From Hydrolagus affinis (taxonomy: Eukaryota): 64,000 nucleotides of DNA. The DNA lies in assembly GCA_012026655.1 (NCBI GenBank), contig JAAILG010001506.1, positions 1 through 64,000 of the forward strand, read 5' to 3'. Both the position numbers and the translations under genes were made by a program. Shown piece after piece: positions 50,581-64,000 of the stretch (within the stretch, counting starts at the first letter, position 1; every line of letters starts with the position of its first letter). The notes beneath the pieces are model-generated. The model worked only from the letters and a program-made list of their open reading frames with translations. It did no database searches and was not told where the DNA came from.

Positions 50581-51387
50581 CAAGCCAAAAAATATTACCA
50601 GCACCTCACATAAGCATTAATTCCAGTCCTAATGTTTCTATCTTGTTGTATCCTAGAGTTTACCATTTGCTTTCCCATGGGAGAACTTTGCTTTAGAAAG
50701 CTGGCCAGTCTGGGTTACGTTCTACGCCTATAAATATAGTCAGTGGCATTTCATTCTCAGTTAGCAGCTGGCATGTTTTCAGAAAGGGTTGCTGACTGTT
50801 AGTTTCCTTCTCTTTCCCCCACCCTCCCTAAAGAAAGTGTGTGCAAATGTAGCTCACCACGCCACAGTTGAGAAATTCCCAGCAGTAACAGACCGGCGCA
50901 GAGGGCAGGAAACCTTTTGATTTACACCCACAACCATCTGGTTGGGTGGCAGACACTTTACCGTCTGTGTCGGGCTGCAAGAGGTAGATACTGAATCACG
51001 TTTTTTTTTTTTTTACTAATGCCGGAACTCACACAGTTACACGGTACGCTCCAGGGCTGCCAACCTCAGCACATTACCGAGCAGCGAGACCTTAACAAAA
51101 CTGCAACGGCAGCTATTTCAAAAGACAAAATGGATCTGTAAGCCCATTATCACACTGGGGGTGCTTAGATTTTTATCACATCTGTTGAAAACTTAACAGA
51201 TACCGTTTGTTTGAGAGGACAGTCAGTGGCATTCTTTGCTTTTACTGTCCATTGTAAAAGAGGACTTTAGTCACCATAGAAACCGAAGACGATGCTTGAG
51301 AAGCATGGCTGTTACATTATGTAAATTCAGAAGCTGGGGCTTTGCTGAGAAGTATTCAGAATGTTTAAGTTTTTAAAAAAAATACAT

Positions 51388-51620
51388 GATTTCCTTGCTC
51401 CACATGCCTAATACTAATCCCTCCCCCCCCAAAAAAGCAACAGTAAATTGGTAATTTAAATACACGCTGTTTGTGGGGGACGCTGCTGTGCTGCCGCATT
51501 TCACCCACAAATATACAGTTAATTCCCTTTACAGTATATTCTGTGAAGCGCTTTGAGACACCTAGAAGACATGAAAAGCGCTATCTCAAATGCAAGAATT
51601 GTTACTTTATTTTTATAATT
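51388..51620 (+). mobile_element. SINE, 5'-truncated
   Basis: Family match. Confidence 0.85.
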
Positions 51621-52232
51621 ATGATTGTGTGGTATCATGATTGTGTGATAATATATTCAATTCATATTTGAGCATTGATAGTGGTTGCTCAGAAATCTAC
51701 CAATAGGTTTAAAATGTACGGCAGACTTGCTTGAATCTCTCTTTAATTCAGACTGGAACACATTTCGTTTTCCATTGGACAAGAGAATATCTGTTGCTCA
51801 CTCTGGCCTCACAATATTCACTGGTGTGTTGCAGAGGTTTGAGAGAAGAGTAACATGATGAATCTTAATACTTGGAGCTCAATGTACAACAACAACACAA
51901 CAAAATTACATTTATAGAGCGCCTTTCACGTCGGGAAGACGTCCCAAGGCGCTGAACAATCAGGTCGGGACTTGTGTTTGTCATGTGCGAAGGGAAAATA
52001 GTTTGAAATAAACTTGTTTTCAGTAGAGAAGACAAATTTGAAGGGGGCATGATCCCTGTCTTTAAAGATCCAGGAGAGAGAGGTACTTTTTTAAAACTAG
52101 TCTAGCATTTTGGTCTCAGATACACCAGTGGTATCATTAATTATTCTCTGGGTAGAGAAATGCTGTCTGGTATCAAACCTAAAATTGTTCTTTGTAGCTA
52201 TAAACCTCTTGTTTGACTGTCTCTTTGGTGTC

Positions 52233-53065
52233 TTGAAGTTTAATGTAGATAAATGCAAAGTGTTGCATTTTGAGAGGAAGAATGAGGAGAGGCAGTTCTA
52301 AGCTAGCTGGGAGAATCATAAAGGGGATGAAGGAACAGAGAGACCTGCGGGCTCATACAAATAAATCTTTGAAGATGGCAGAACAGGTAGAAACTGCTGT
52401 CTTAAAAACGACTATGCGATACTAGGCTTTATGAATAGGGGCATAGAATACAAAAGTCAGGAAGTTATGATTAACCTGTATAACTCGCTGGTTAGGCCTC
52501 AGCTAGAGTACTTTGTTCAGTTCTGGGCACCAGACTTTAGGAACGATGTCCAGGCAATGGAGAGGGTGCGAAGGAGATTTATCAGGATGGTACCAGGAAT
52601 GGGGGACTTCAGTTATCAGGAGTGGCTGGAGAAGGCAGGATTATTCTGCTTGGAGCTGAAAAGGTTAAGAGGAGACTTAATGAAAAGTTTTCAAAAATGA
52701 TCAGAGGATTCGACAGGGTGAATTTTCTCAGGAGAATCTATTTCTGCCGGCGAGTGGGTTGGTAACCTAAGGACACTGATTTAAAATAGTCGTTGAAAGA
52801 AATAGAGGGGAGGTGAGGAGAAATGTTTTCGAGTTATTCGGATCTGGAATGCACTGCCTGAAAGTGTGGTAGAAGCCGATTCAATAAGAACTTTTAAGAG
52901 AGAAGCAACTGATGATTTGGGGAGGACAGGTTTGCAGGGCAATGGGAGAGAGCGTGGGGGGAGTGGGATTGATTTAGACAGCTCTTTTAAAAGAGCCGGC
53001 ATATATACAATGGGCCAAATGGCCTCCCTCTGTGCTATATAATTCTATGATCCTACGATGATTCT
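52233..53065 (+). mobile_element. CR1 3' fragment
   Basis: KFNVDKCKVLHF, NLYNSLVRPQLEYFVQFWAP; tail aattctatga. Confidence 0.95.
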
Positions 53066-54135
53066 ACGATCTGAAATTATGGTTGTTAATTTACTTTTCC
53101 AACTCCATTAAAAAAAAATTGTAGACGTCAGAAAGGGAACTCTGAAACATCCCCTTTCAAGACTGAAGAGCCTTAGCTCGTCTAATCATTGCCTGTAGTT
53201 CATTAGTCTAACATAGAATGAAATGCAACTACAACCACAACACAGTCACGGTCAGATGGCGAATCAGCATCTTTTCAATGTGAGGCAAGGAAAAGCAATA
53301 CATAATAAAAGTTAATAAGATTAAGGACTAGGAACAAATCTAGGCGTTTAGGTAGTACAGTACTAAACGGTTTCAGCTTCGCTGATATCATTTATCTTGA
53401 TTTGGTTTGTAACTCTGTCAGGTGTCCACTCTTTCATCTTTAAATGCGGACGCAGAAATCTTCAGGTTTCAGCCCTGCACGGACAGATTCGCACTGTCGG
53501 GCAACGGGAACCAGTACAGCAAACTAACGCCACTACACCAAAGTCTTTACTTTGAGACTTAGTTCACGGGGATTTTAATTTATTTAACCCAACTGGATAT
53601 AATGATGTGTAATAATCGGCTTGACCTATTAAGGAGTTTCCACGGCATAACAGAGAACAGCAAATGTGCTGCTTGTAATTTAAAATAATGCAACTCAGTA
53701 TGGCCCAACGACTTGTGTGTCCCTTTGGGGACAAATGTACCTGGTTTACTGCAGTGTTTTGGGCTGTAACAATTTTTAATTAATAACTACAGATATTCAT
53801 AACTGCTACTACACGATGGTTCAGTGCACATACAGCCACAGATCTGTTGCCTCATGAGAGTGATACTGGCTGCGGGAGCTTCTGGGGCTTTGAAACAATC
53901 CATTTTAACAGAAGGTTAATGATACTCATAGATAACAAAGTTACACTAAACTGCACATTCCCCAGGGTATATTGTAAGTTATCCGCAAATACAAAAGTTC
54001 ACATCAAGTGATAAAACTAGCAAAGTATGTGGGTCCCTGAGTCTCTGGGGCGTGAAGATGCCAATGTATGCAATTCTGAATGCAGTGAATGTGTATTAGA
54101 TATTGGCTTTGTCGTGCCCTGTACTTTCACCGACA

Positions 54136-54445
54136 ATAATATTAATAATCCTTACTTTTCACATCTTATCGATGTCTCAAAGCGCTTCACAGAATATTCT
54201 GTAACGTGAACTGACTGTATATTTGTGGGTGAAACGCTGCAGCCAATTGAACACAGCAGCGTCCCCCAAACAGTAGTCCTGCAGATTGAAATGACCAATT
54301 TTATTATTGCGTGTTTTTTTTTGGAGGGATTATTATTAGGCGCATGTGTGTGTGTGGAGTAAGGAAACTTGCCCAAGGTTTCGCTCTGACCTGCCTGGAT
54401 TCGAACACAGGTCTCTCAAGCTTGTAAGGCGAGCGATCTAACCAT
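54136..54445 (-). mobile_element. tRNA-Val-derived SINE, near full length
   Basis: Family match. Confidence 0.92.
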
Positions 54446-57249
54446 CCTCCGTCATCACCACCATAATCGATTTACAACACACGCAGGACCAGGAGGGTAA
54501 ACCTGTTCTGGTAGTAACGGTTTAGTTTGATTTAGAAGCAAACTCACTTCTGGGTCGGCTGGCTGTGGATTCATATCCATTGATCTTGTAATGTATGATG
54601 ACTCTCCAGCTCTGTGCTGGGGGAATGTTGCATCTTTTGGAATGCACTTTGACCTCAGATCCTGTCTACCTATTCATTTTTAATTTCAAATGAAAGTTAA
54701 CGCTCCTCGTAACACTCTTCCAGTGTGCTGCCCAACAATCCTCCGGGACATTAATTGTAGATTAGTCCGTCATTCGCATGAAGGCAACTTGGACTCATTT
54801 GAGAAAGATTAAATCAAATGGTCCAAAAGCAACAGGCTTTGACCTTGCAAACCTATCCTGTGGTTTTGCAAAGTTTAATGTTTGAGGTTTTCTTGACGGC
54901 GTCTTAATAACTACTAATCTGTTGGAATACAGCTTTTGTTTTATTTTGATAGCCTTTAATTTTCCATTATTTTAAGGGAATACTGTACCATTAATATCCA
55001 CATCACAGTAAAAACCAGAGACTTTAGCTCTGTAACTTGTAATGGTAGTTTATAAAACAGCATAAAAGCTAAATACTGTCCGTATTTCCATTTCATTTTC
55101 TTGAGGACAGATGATGCTAAACCACAATCCATGGCAGACATGTGGTTTAGTTAAAGCCAAAAGGGAAGAGGGGAAAAACAACTCGACTGATTTTCTTTGT
55201 GGTCAACGGGGTATCTGGGAAATGCAAAATCCATTCCATCTCCATTTATGAATTCTTTGTTTCATGTGCAATAGAAACAAGAGAGCCGTTAACAGCATTT
55301 CAAATACTTGACATGGTACCAGTATATGTTGATTGCTTGTGAGTGCTGCCTACAACCTGTTTCACAGATACTTGTGAATCCCTTCACTGCCAAGTTCACC
55401 TACACTCTTTATTTCTGAACACCGATAGCTCCTGTCATAGAATCTGTTTTGACATGAGTTTGAAGATTCACTTCCCACGAATATAACCACTGTGATATTA
55501 TGCCCGATGATCCAAAGAAGGGAGTTCAGAGGTTGCTGTATCCTTTCTGGATGACGAGACCTGATAGTCATTTTATGGCCAATAGACTAGTTGTGTTTAC
55601 TTATAGTACTATAATCTGAATTCTTAAACAGTTGTAATGATATAGAGAAATCTGACAGAGTTATCCGTAAATGTTCCTTTTGGAGTTGTTTTTGCTGCTT
55701 GAATAACACGGTTCGCAATTTGCTTTAAAGCTTCAAATCGCTTCAGCGGTTTCCCGAAGTGGTGACAGCGTGAATATTTGTTTACATCCTCTGATGGAGT
55801 CAGTAAGTAGCATTTTGAAACCTTGGGCGTAAAGATTTGTCATATAAATGGGAACCTTTTTTTGCCGGCAGCAGAACACAGTTTGAGCTGCAAAGAAAAA
55901 TCCATTTGGGTTACATTTGCTGCTGCGGATATATTACCTTAACAGCAGGCAAAGATTAAGAAGTGCTATATTGCTCCCCAGCATAGTATAAATTGCTGCA
56001 GAACAATATGGCACACTTTTAAAGAAAAAAAAATCTTGACCACCTCCTGTTACTAAATACCAAACATAAAACTTACATGGTTTGTATGAGATTACGACAA
56101 ATTGGGATTGTTAAGGACAGAAAAGCTCTGCACTTTCAAAAATATAATGATTTAAACAAAATCATCTAACTTTCTTCCAATTAAACTTTACATTATATCA
56201 AATGTTTTGCATCAAAAAAAAGTTTCCATTCCTGATTACCATATGTGCTATTGCAATCCCTGGATGTATTTGAGATCTTGCCAGTTTTATTCATTACAAT
56301 GTAAATTGGTTTGGGGAATCGGTTTCTAAATGCATTTGACATCATTCATTTAGAGTCCATAAATGCAATTAATAGGACTTTATTCACACAGAAGTTAATT
56401 GACTACAGCAAATCTGGATGCGTTATCATTGTTTAGAACATTCTAAAACTTTCTCGGTTAATGAACAGTTGCAACTTTGCTTCCACAGATAATTTTAGTC
56501 AAAGAGCTATCTTTCTTGTGCTCTGAAACTGAAATATCTAATTAAGTAGCACTGTGCCATCAAACAGAAAGTACAATGGACACCTTTCCATTCTACTTAC
56601 CTCAATGTGCCCTCAGCACACACCATTAATCCCGGTTGCACTGGGATTGTATCCAAATTAGTTTGCTCTGATTCCAAATATTCTATATACAGTACTGTAA
56701 TATACCTTTCAATTAACAAAGGTAAAATTTCATTCCTATTCCAATTGCCAGATTTGTTTTGGGATTCACGTGGTAACATAAATCATGTTATCCGATTAAC
56801 TGTTTCCATAGGTGAACACGTTGGGGGAGTGAAAATGAGAATTTGGAGACAGTAATGGAAAGTGGCCTAGCAACTGGGGTTGAGAGAACTCTGGCCAATG
56901 CTTCTGTCTGGCTGTCGCAGAAGAGTGAAGTGAGGGTATGTCGTTCCTTCCATTGATGGTGACTGAGTATCATACATATATCATTTCATGTACTTGTAAA
57001 GCTCTTTCAAGCAGAGCCAGGTGCGTTGCTGATTCAATAATCTTAATCGATACATATGAAGATTCTGAACCACTGCCCAGGCCCCAATTTTTTTATTAAT
57101 TCTGAAACACATTTTTCATTCAATCAGTGATACAATGAGAAGGGCATCCTGGATGACACTGATTTGATTTGGGTCACTGTGATTTTTGGGAATATTGGAA
57201 AATGTATTGTTTAATGCATCTGTGTGTATACTTGATGAAACGTTTAGTA

Positions 57250-57560
57250 GGAGTCCTGTAGCTCACGTGTAAGGAGCATGCACCTTACACGTGAGAGAGT
57301 TGGGTTCAATTCCAGGCAGGGTGAAACCTTGGGCGAGTTTCTTTCCTCCACACGCCTGATAATAATCCCACCCAACTAAACAACTAGCCAATTCAACCCG
57401 ACTGTTTGTGGGACACTGCTCTGCGCTGTTGGGTGCTGCGTTTCGCCCACAAAATGTACAGTCAATTCACTTTCAATTATATTCTATGAAATGCTGTGAG
57501 ACATCTAGAAGACCTGAAAAGCGCTATATCAAATGCAAGGATTATTATTATTATTATTAA
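57250..57560 (+). mobile_element. Full-length tRNA-Val-derived SINE
   Basis: ggagtcctgtagctcacgtg...ccttacacg...gggttcaattcc. Confidence 0.92.
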
Positions 57561-58904
57561 CGTATAGCTCTATACCATGTTCTATGCTATGCTTGAAATA
57601 CTGTCCTATTAACATTTTCTGTATTCGAGACTTGTGCTCTGACTGTTAACTACATATTAAATGATTATTGAATGTGCCGAATAAATCCGAACTGATTATG
57701 TATATATATTAATGTACTGAACTAGGAATTATTTTAAACAATACATCATCAAACGGGAGAAGGAAAACAGATAGCATAGTAGGTGAGCAGGGTAAAAGGG
57801 AAGATTGAAAGTCACGTTGATGAATCTCTTCTAGGATTTATTTTATTGTCAACCTGTACCTTGTATTTTCCAAATTGAGGTACTATAAGTAGAGTATGTC
57901 CCTCCATAGAGATGCTGCTTGTTCCATTCCCCACTGGGATGTTTCCATGTATCGTTGACAGGCACATATCGCTCTGTCTGGTATGGAGACTCTTAAGCAC
58001 AGCCCTGGTTTCCACACATATCAGATACTCAGCTGATGGGGCAAAAAAAGTAATGATTTCAAGATGGTATTTGAAACGAGAAGGGACAATCCCCACAGTG
58101 TTCTGGCCAGCAGTCCTCCAGATAATTTGATTGTGTGGCTCGTGGCTGTTTATGGGACTATGGTCACATAGCTGTGTTGGCCAACAACTATATTCATTAC
58201 ACCTCCAGTTGAATTATATTTAAAGTGCTTTGATTTGTCAGATAATTCATTTAGTAATTCTTGCAGGTTTTTATCTGAAAATATTTTCCTTCTGTTGATC
58301 GTGAGATTGTCAGTCAAACGGTCAGACACAGAATAGAAACTCAAACACGACATTCCCAAAAGGAGTGTGAGACTCGTTTGCAGGTTTGATCAAGGAATCA
58401 TTTGCGGTTGAGTGCTGAAGAGTCTTGTGTTCAGTGCACACTGTGCAGAGAATATTACAAGATGCTAATCCGATTGTGGCTGAAATGAAGCCTTGAAATG
58501 TGAGATTGAAACGCGAGTGATTTTTATATTCATCCTGTGAAGCCTCAAAATTAATGAGGGGGCCTGTTATTGCTTATCACATATATTCTTATAATGTTTA
58601 AAGATGAAATATAATGCTATGCATAGTGATTGATTAATTGATTGATTGATTGATTCTGATAGCACCTGCTGCTGCAACATATTTACAGCATAGGGCTGCC
58701 CATGGAACGATTGTGAAAATGAACGACGTTGATATTCACTGGCTTTATATTTTACTTTATTGTCTGATAATTAGAGGATACCGATGCCAGGCCAAGTGTG
58801 GAGCCTCAGGTAAAACGGGAATTTGATGAGTTGCAACCAAGAATTTAATGACATATTCGCATATCAAGCAATGTTCACTTAATCCTGAGAAATGATTTGC
58901 ATGA

Positions 58905-58984
58905 CTGAGTGGGTGGGTGGGTGGATGGGGGTTGGTTGATTGGTTGGTTGGTTTGAATGAATGAATGAATGAATGAATGAATGA
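58905..58984. repeat. Compound tetranucleotide repeat (GTGG)/(TTGG)/(GAAT)
   Basis: Seen directly. Confidence 0.9.
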
Positions 58985-59329
58985 CCCGTGGTCCCATTGT
59001 TGCAAATTCAATTAAGACCACAGATGCCCTGACGTTCCACCATCATTCCGCAGAAAGTTATATCGGACGAATACATTACATTAATAAATCGGTCAGTCTT
59101 GTCAGTCTGCCAGTCAGTCAATTAACCACACAATTAGTCATATAGTCCACCATAGTGTAGACCTATCTATAATGTGTACCATACATGGCTGTGTGGATTA
59201 TTTTGATAAGAATTCTTGCACTTTGAAATTACAAATTGGGAGGAATGTCTCAAAGCGCTTCTCGGGACTTAATTTAAAGTGCAGTGAATGTGTATTTGAT
59301 GGGCAAGTCTGTGCTATTTAGTAATCTGC

Positions 59330-59740
59330 TTGGAAGCACTTTACATTCTGGGTCAGAAGTTTGTAGGTTCAAACTGCGTGTCCAAGACTTGAGTCCACAA
59401 TCTAGGCTGACCCTCGAGTATTCTGCCGAGTTGTGTTCCATTAGCAAAGGTGGCGTCCTATAAGATGAAAAATTAATCCAAAGTCCTGTCTGCCTGCTCG
59501 GCTCGGTGGGATGTTAATTATACCGTGGCTCTATTCGGAAAGAGAAAGGAGGTTCGCCCCTGTGTCTTTGCCAACAGTCCTAATACATCGGTCATTTCAT
59601 GGCTATTTGTAGGACCTTGTTTTGCTGTGTGCAAATCAACTGCCGCGTTTACCTAGGAACACAGTTGCTGACGACAAGTTCCTGTAAAATACCTTGAGAC
59701 AGTTTGACATTCTCGATGCCATTTCAAAACGCAAGTCTTG
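59330..59740 (+). mobile_element. SacSINE1-like DeuSINE, near full length
   Basis: tctgggtcagaagtttgtaggttcaa...agacttgagtccacaatctaggctgac...gctgtgtgcaaatcaactgccgcgtttacct. Confidence 0.8.
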
Positions 59741-59929
59741 TGTGATATTTATTACAGTCATGCATTCAGCTCTACGGCCATGCGCGCACATAATTTCTCA
59801 AATGCTTTGGGGGGTGGGGGGGACTGACAAAATCGTGAGCACTAAAAGAATAGGTGCATTAATTATTAATAATTACAATAATGCCTGAGCTTCATACAGC
59901 TCTTTATTTATGTTTTGAGACATTGGCTC

Positions 59930-60262
59930 TTTGAGTCAATGTCTCAAAACATTTCACGGAATATACTGCGATGTGTAGTGTCTGTGTTTTGGAGGTGAAC
60001 ACTGCCGCCAATTTGTCTCCAAGAATGTCCTACAAAACATCTATGAAGTGAATGACAATTTTATTTGTGGGATTGTTGGCCAGGACACTGGGATAAATAT
60101 TGTGCCTTGGGATCTTTAATATCTGCTGAAGCAAGCAGACAAGGCATTGCTTTAATATCTCGTCTGAAGAACAGCAACACTGTCTTGACTAGCCTCCACT
60201 AGGAGCTCAAAATCTCAATTTGAATTCACAAACCTTCTTCTCATTCAGAGGCGCTGAGACAG
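59930..60262 (-). mobile_element. SacSINE1-like DeuSINE
   Basis: ttggccaggacactggg...gtgccttgggatctttaat...aaccttcttctcattcagaggc. Confidence 0.75.
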
Positions 60263-60659
60263 GCTATCATTTCACAAAGGTACTTGAACCACATGCAGTA
60301 CTGTACTTCAAAAACAAGGATGCTATTTCAAACATTTTGCTAAGTACAGGGATACATTTGGGTATTTTTAACGAGGAAGCATTTCAGATGGAAAATATTT
60401 GCATCATTTTTTTTAAAAGAAATGAATCGAACTATATTTTAAAGTACAGGTCACTTTGGAGGAAAAGTGAAGGAGGAAATGGGATTTATTCCCCTCTCTC
60501 TCTCTCTCTCTCTCTCTCCCCCTCCCTTTTATTTAATTGCTGCCTTCATTCAGCCATGATTTTGATTCTGGAATGGGATGAAATGATGGCCAGATATAAT
60601 GTTGTTTAGAAACTTTGGCTTGAATCTCTGACCTGAAAGATTAGGCCTCCAGAGTCAGC

Positions 60660-61075
60660 TCCACAGCAGCTGAACTGTTGTGTTTTATTGTTGTGGCTTC
60701 AGCGATATTTTCTCACACGATTCTGGACGATTTTACGCCCCGCAGAGTAATATTAAATCATAATTTTAAGACCGACAAGTCAGGTTAATGCGAACAGGCT
60801 AATAATCCATATGTGACCCCATTCGTTAATAAGAGCTGAATCACTCCTTTTTAAACTGTGGGATCATTCGCTTGATATACGACCTTACCGAGAAACAGCA
60901 ATATTTTTCCAGATCTAAGCGATGACAGATTATAAAACGTCATCCATAACAGACAGCAGTTGCTAATACTACAAAAAGACAGAGAGAGAGAGAGAGAGAG
61001 GCTGTTACGGAGGGCAAATGGAACTGATTTGCAGGACTCGATGACCACTGAAAAATTAATGCAAAATACCTATTT
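60660..61075. promoter_or_regulatory. Putative enhancer / conserved non-coding element
   Basis: Unique, CpG-retaining; ttttattg, ttttacg, tataaaacg (posterior Hox/Cdx-like) and tgacag (Meis) motifs. Confidence 0.3.
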
Positions 61076-61679
61076 CTTTTCAGAAATAGTTTATAAATCT
61101 TTGGATATTTATCTTTCAGCATCACACTATGAATTTGTTTTTCAGTATCATACTCCTGTGTATGTAACACATTTTTGTTGATAAAATAAATATTGGGTGT
61201 GTGGGGGGGGGGGGGTCGGTGGGGGAATCTTTGCCCAGCAGTAGTAAACTGTAAAGCTATCTTTACCGAATCTTTGAATCCTCTCCTTGTTGATTTTGAA
61301 CCTACAATTCTTTATACGCTCTTTCCGAGTGTTGTTTTTTTGTTGCCTTCACTATGTTTTTCTATATTTCGACATGTTTTTTTCTTGTTTCTATCTAGGT
61401 CAGATTTTACACCTGTTCCCGACACGTTGTCTTCTGTCTTTCTGTTTCTCTCCCAGTTGTTCCTTTTTCTTTCCTTTGTTATGTTTCCGGGTTTTTTTTG
61501 TGCTAAATCTCTCACCTTTGGCATTTTCTGACTCGAGGCTCAGAGATGGGTGAGCTGTGGGTTTTGAATCACCTCACGTCACGTGCACATTGCTGCCCTA
61601 TTACTTATTGTAGAACCAGTACCCTGTTATTATTGTTGCACATTTAACTCTTGTTTGATAGTAATAATGCTGTTTGCAC

Positions 61680-61901
61680 AACAGACAGTTGTGGATTGAA
61701 TGACTAAATCATTCATTTATTTTTGAAGGGATTATTAGCTATGGAAAAGCGATCCGACGAACAAGCGGGTCCCTACTTATTGACTGGCAAACAGAGGCAT
61801 ATGGAATAAGGAAACTTGCCTAAGATTTGGCCCTGAATGAGAATCGAACCTGGATCCGCTTGCTTGCGAGGCGAACTGCTCTAACCATTTCGCCACAGGA
61901 C
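61680..61901 (-). mobile_element. tRNA-derived SINE, long variant
   Basis: Head at ~61840-61900; middle gcctctgtttgccagtcaataagtaggg. Confidence 0.8.
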
Positions 61902-62370
61902 CTTTGTCTATGATTTCCCACTTGGGAGACACTGTGATTGAGCCTGGTTGGTGGAGAATTAAGAGAGCCGAGAGAAAGCCGGGTATTTTATTCTCGGGAA
62001 GCAGGGAAAAGAGGAACATAAAATGAGGAATAAAAGTCTATAAGCGATTTGTTTTCAGTTGCTTTCTGGATGTCAAGATAGCATCTTCACCACTTAACTC
62101 TTAAACCATTTGTGTTGTCAGATCTGGGAAATATGTTACCATTGGATGGAAGAGTGGAGGAACTAGGAATGAAATAAAACTGTTCTGGTGATTAGGTTAA
62201 AAGATCAAGCGATTACAGAGCTGCCTGGATTTCTGTCTAATCTTATCTGAGATACTAAATAACTGAATTTCAGATAATGGCTCCAAACATTGTACCGTAT
62301 AGAGAAGAGGAGCGAGAATGAAGCACGTAGAATCATCACAGAGAAAATGCCATTTGGACTGCGATGGTTG

Positions 62371-62691
62371 TAATAAATAATAATAAAAATAATGTTCCTT
62401 GCATTCTATGTAGCGTTTTCACATCTTCTAGCCATCGCAAACCACCTCACAGAATATACTGTGAAGTGAATGGACCGTATATTTGTGAGCGAAACGCGGC
62501 AGCCAATTTGCGCACAGCAGCGTCCCACAAACAGTCGTTGATTGAAGTGACCAGTTTTATTATATTTTTTCTTGGGGGAATCTATCCTCTGGTGTGTGGA
62601 GGATGAAAATTTTTGCCCGTGATTTAGCCTTGCCGGGAATCGAACCCTCACTTGCGAGGTGAGTGCCTTAACCACTGAGCTACAGGACTCC
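62371..62691 (-). mobile_element. Full-length tRNA-derived SINE
   Basis: Family match. Confidence 0.92.
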
Positions 62692-62765
62692 ACTTTCGTT
62701 CTCACCCCTTAATGTATTACATGTTACGCAAAGTGCATGATGGCCTCTGTGTAGAGCTTTCTCTG

Positions 62766-62810
62766 TCTGCCTATGTGTGTGCCTATGTGTGTGCCTATGT
62801 GTGTGCCTAT
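62766..62810. repeat. 12-bp tandem repeat (gtgtgtgcctat)n
   Basis: Seen directly. Confidence 0.85.
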
Positions 62811-63055
62811 TCAGGTGGATGTCAAAGATCCCATGGCACTATTTGAAAAGAGGAGTTTCTCCCAATGTCTTGGTCAACAATCATCCAAACCAAATTGATC
62901 ATTCTCTTCGCAGTTGTTTATGGGAAAGCCGCTGCATTTTTGCCCACAAAATACATAGTCACTCCAGTCGCTTTACAGTATATCCTGTGAAGCGCTTTTG
63001 AGACAGGCTCCCGATGTGAATGGCACAATATCGAATGTAAGCGTTATTATATTAT
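62811..63055 (+). mobile_element. SacSINE1-like Deu-domain fragment
   Basis: tcaggtggatgtcaaagatcccatggcactatttgaaaagaggagtttctccc. Confidence 0.85.
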
Positions 63056-63179
63056 TAAAGCAAAATACAATTTTAGGGTGTGTGAGAACATCTATAAGCT
63101 GCAGGTCCAAATAAGTTTATCTTCAAATAATCATCAGGATCCTACATGGAGCTTTGTGTACCATAGTATAATAGTCTTT

Positions 63180-63472
63180 ACATTAGATAGAATGCCTTGA
63201 AGACATCCTGAAGGATGTACTGTAGTGTCGTGACTATTTGTAGGCAAGCGCAGCAGCCAATTTGCATACAACCATGTCACACAAACAGCCATGGTGTGAA
63301 TCAACAATTTTATCTGAGGGAGGATTCTTGACCGGACACTGACAATCCACATCTCCTCCAGGATTTCACTGGAGGATCAGCCCAGATCTCAGACCTGAGT
63401 CCTGACATGGGGATTGAACCCACAAACTAGTGGTTTTGAAATGAGACTGCCACCAACTGAGCCTGGCTGACA
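63180..63472 (-). mobile_element. SacSINE1-like DeuSINE with internal deletion
   Basis: cagccaatttgcatacaac...ttgaacccacaa...caccaactgagcctggctgaca. Confidence 0.7.
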
Positions 63473-63585
63473 TAACAGTGATCGCGTGATCCACCTGATT
63501 TGATGGACTTCCACTTAGTTTCAAATCTCTGTTCTTCCTGTTCTAGGCCACTCGCAATCATTTCTTCCTTTTACCACCCAGATAC

Positions 63586-63923
63586 GGAGCTCCTGTGGCT
63601 CAGTGGTTAGAGCACTTGTCTTGCAAGCTGGGGAGACCAAGCTGGGGAGACCTGTGATCGAATCCAGGCAGGTCAGGGCGAAACCTCGGGCAAGTTTCCT
63701 TACTCCACACGCCTGATAATAATCCCTCCAAAAAAACACAATAATAAAATTGGTCATTTCAATCCACGACTGTGTGTAGGGGACGCTGCTGTGCGCAATT
63801 GGCTGCCGCGATTCGCCCACAAATATATAGAGTCAATTCACTTTACAGTATATTCTGTGAAGCGCTTTGGGACGTTGATAAGATGTGGAAAGCGCTATAT
63901 CAAATGCAAGGATTATTATTATT
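63586..63923 (+). mobile_element. Full-length tRNA-derived SINE with a 14-bp duplication in the head
   Basis: caagctggggagac duplicated; otherwise consensus. Confidence 0.95.
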
Positions 63924-64000
63924 AGTATATTTTATGATATATGCCTGAACAACCTTCTCTAAATGCAGTCATTGCTGCTCTGTGATTGGACAGCAGGTGG

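Noticed and set aside
53462-53490. REST/NRSE-like ttcagccctgcacggacag
   Set aside because: Left half mismatched and spacer non-canonical
63354-63377. 8-bp hairpin tcctccag/ctggagga
   Set aside because: Too short; expected by chance and lies within a decayed SINE
1-64000. CRISPR array, operon or prokaryotic defence system
   Set aside because: Vertebrate DNA; recurring sequences are dispersed SINE/LINE copies, not regularly spaced repeats

Overview
Vertebrate genomic DNA: AT-rich, CpG-depleted, with two 100-N scaffold gaps. The repeats (tRNA-Val/Deu-domain SINEs of SINE2-1_CM/CmiSINE type, SacSINE1-like SINEs, shark-type CR1 and L2 LINEs) point to a cartilaginous fish, most likely a holocephalan such as Callorhinchus milii (inference from recalled consensus sequences, not a search). 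I recognise no host protein-coding gene. The window looks like a large intron or gene desert with many retroposon fragments and several blocks resembling conserved non-coding elements. Almost all ORF-track entries are spurious or TE-derived. Best-supported special items: a hAT-type MITE with TIRs and a perfect 8-bp TSD (5981-6718); a Penelope-like terminal-repeat fragment carrying a minimal hammerhead ribozyme core, flanked by an 11-bp TSD (24902-25048); an internally deleted Helitron with Rep and PIF1-helicase motifs (~43788-45962); multi-layer nested insertions; two pre-miRNA-sized hairpins; a strong CTCF motif; and a few unassigned candidate exons. I cannot support a claim of a wholly new biological system. 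Boundaries of old repeats are approximate.
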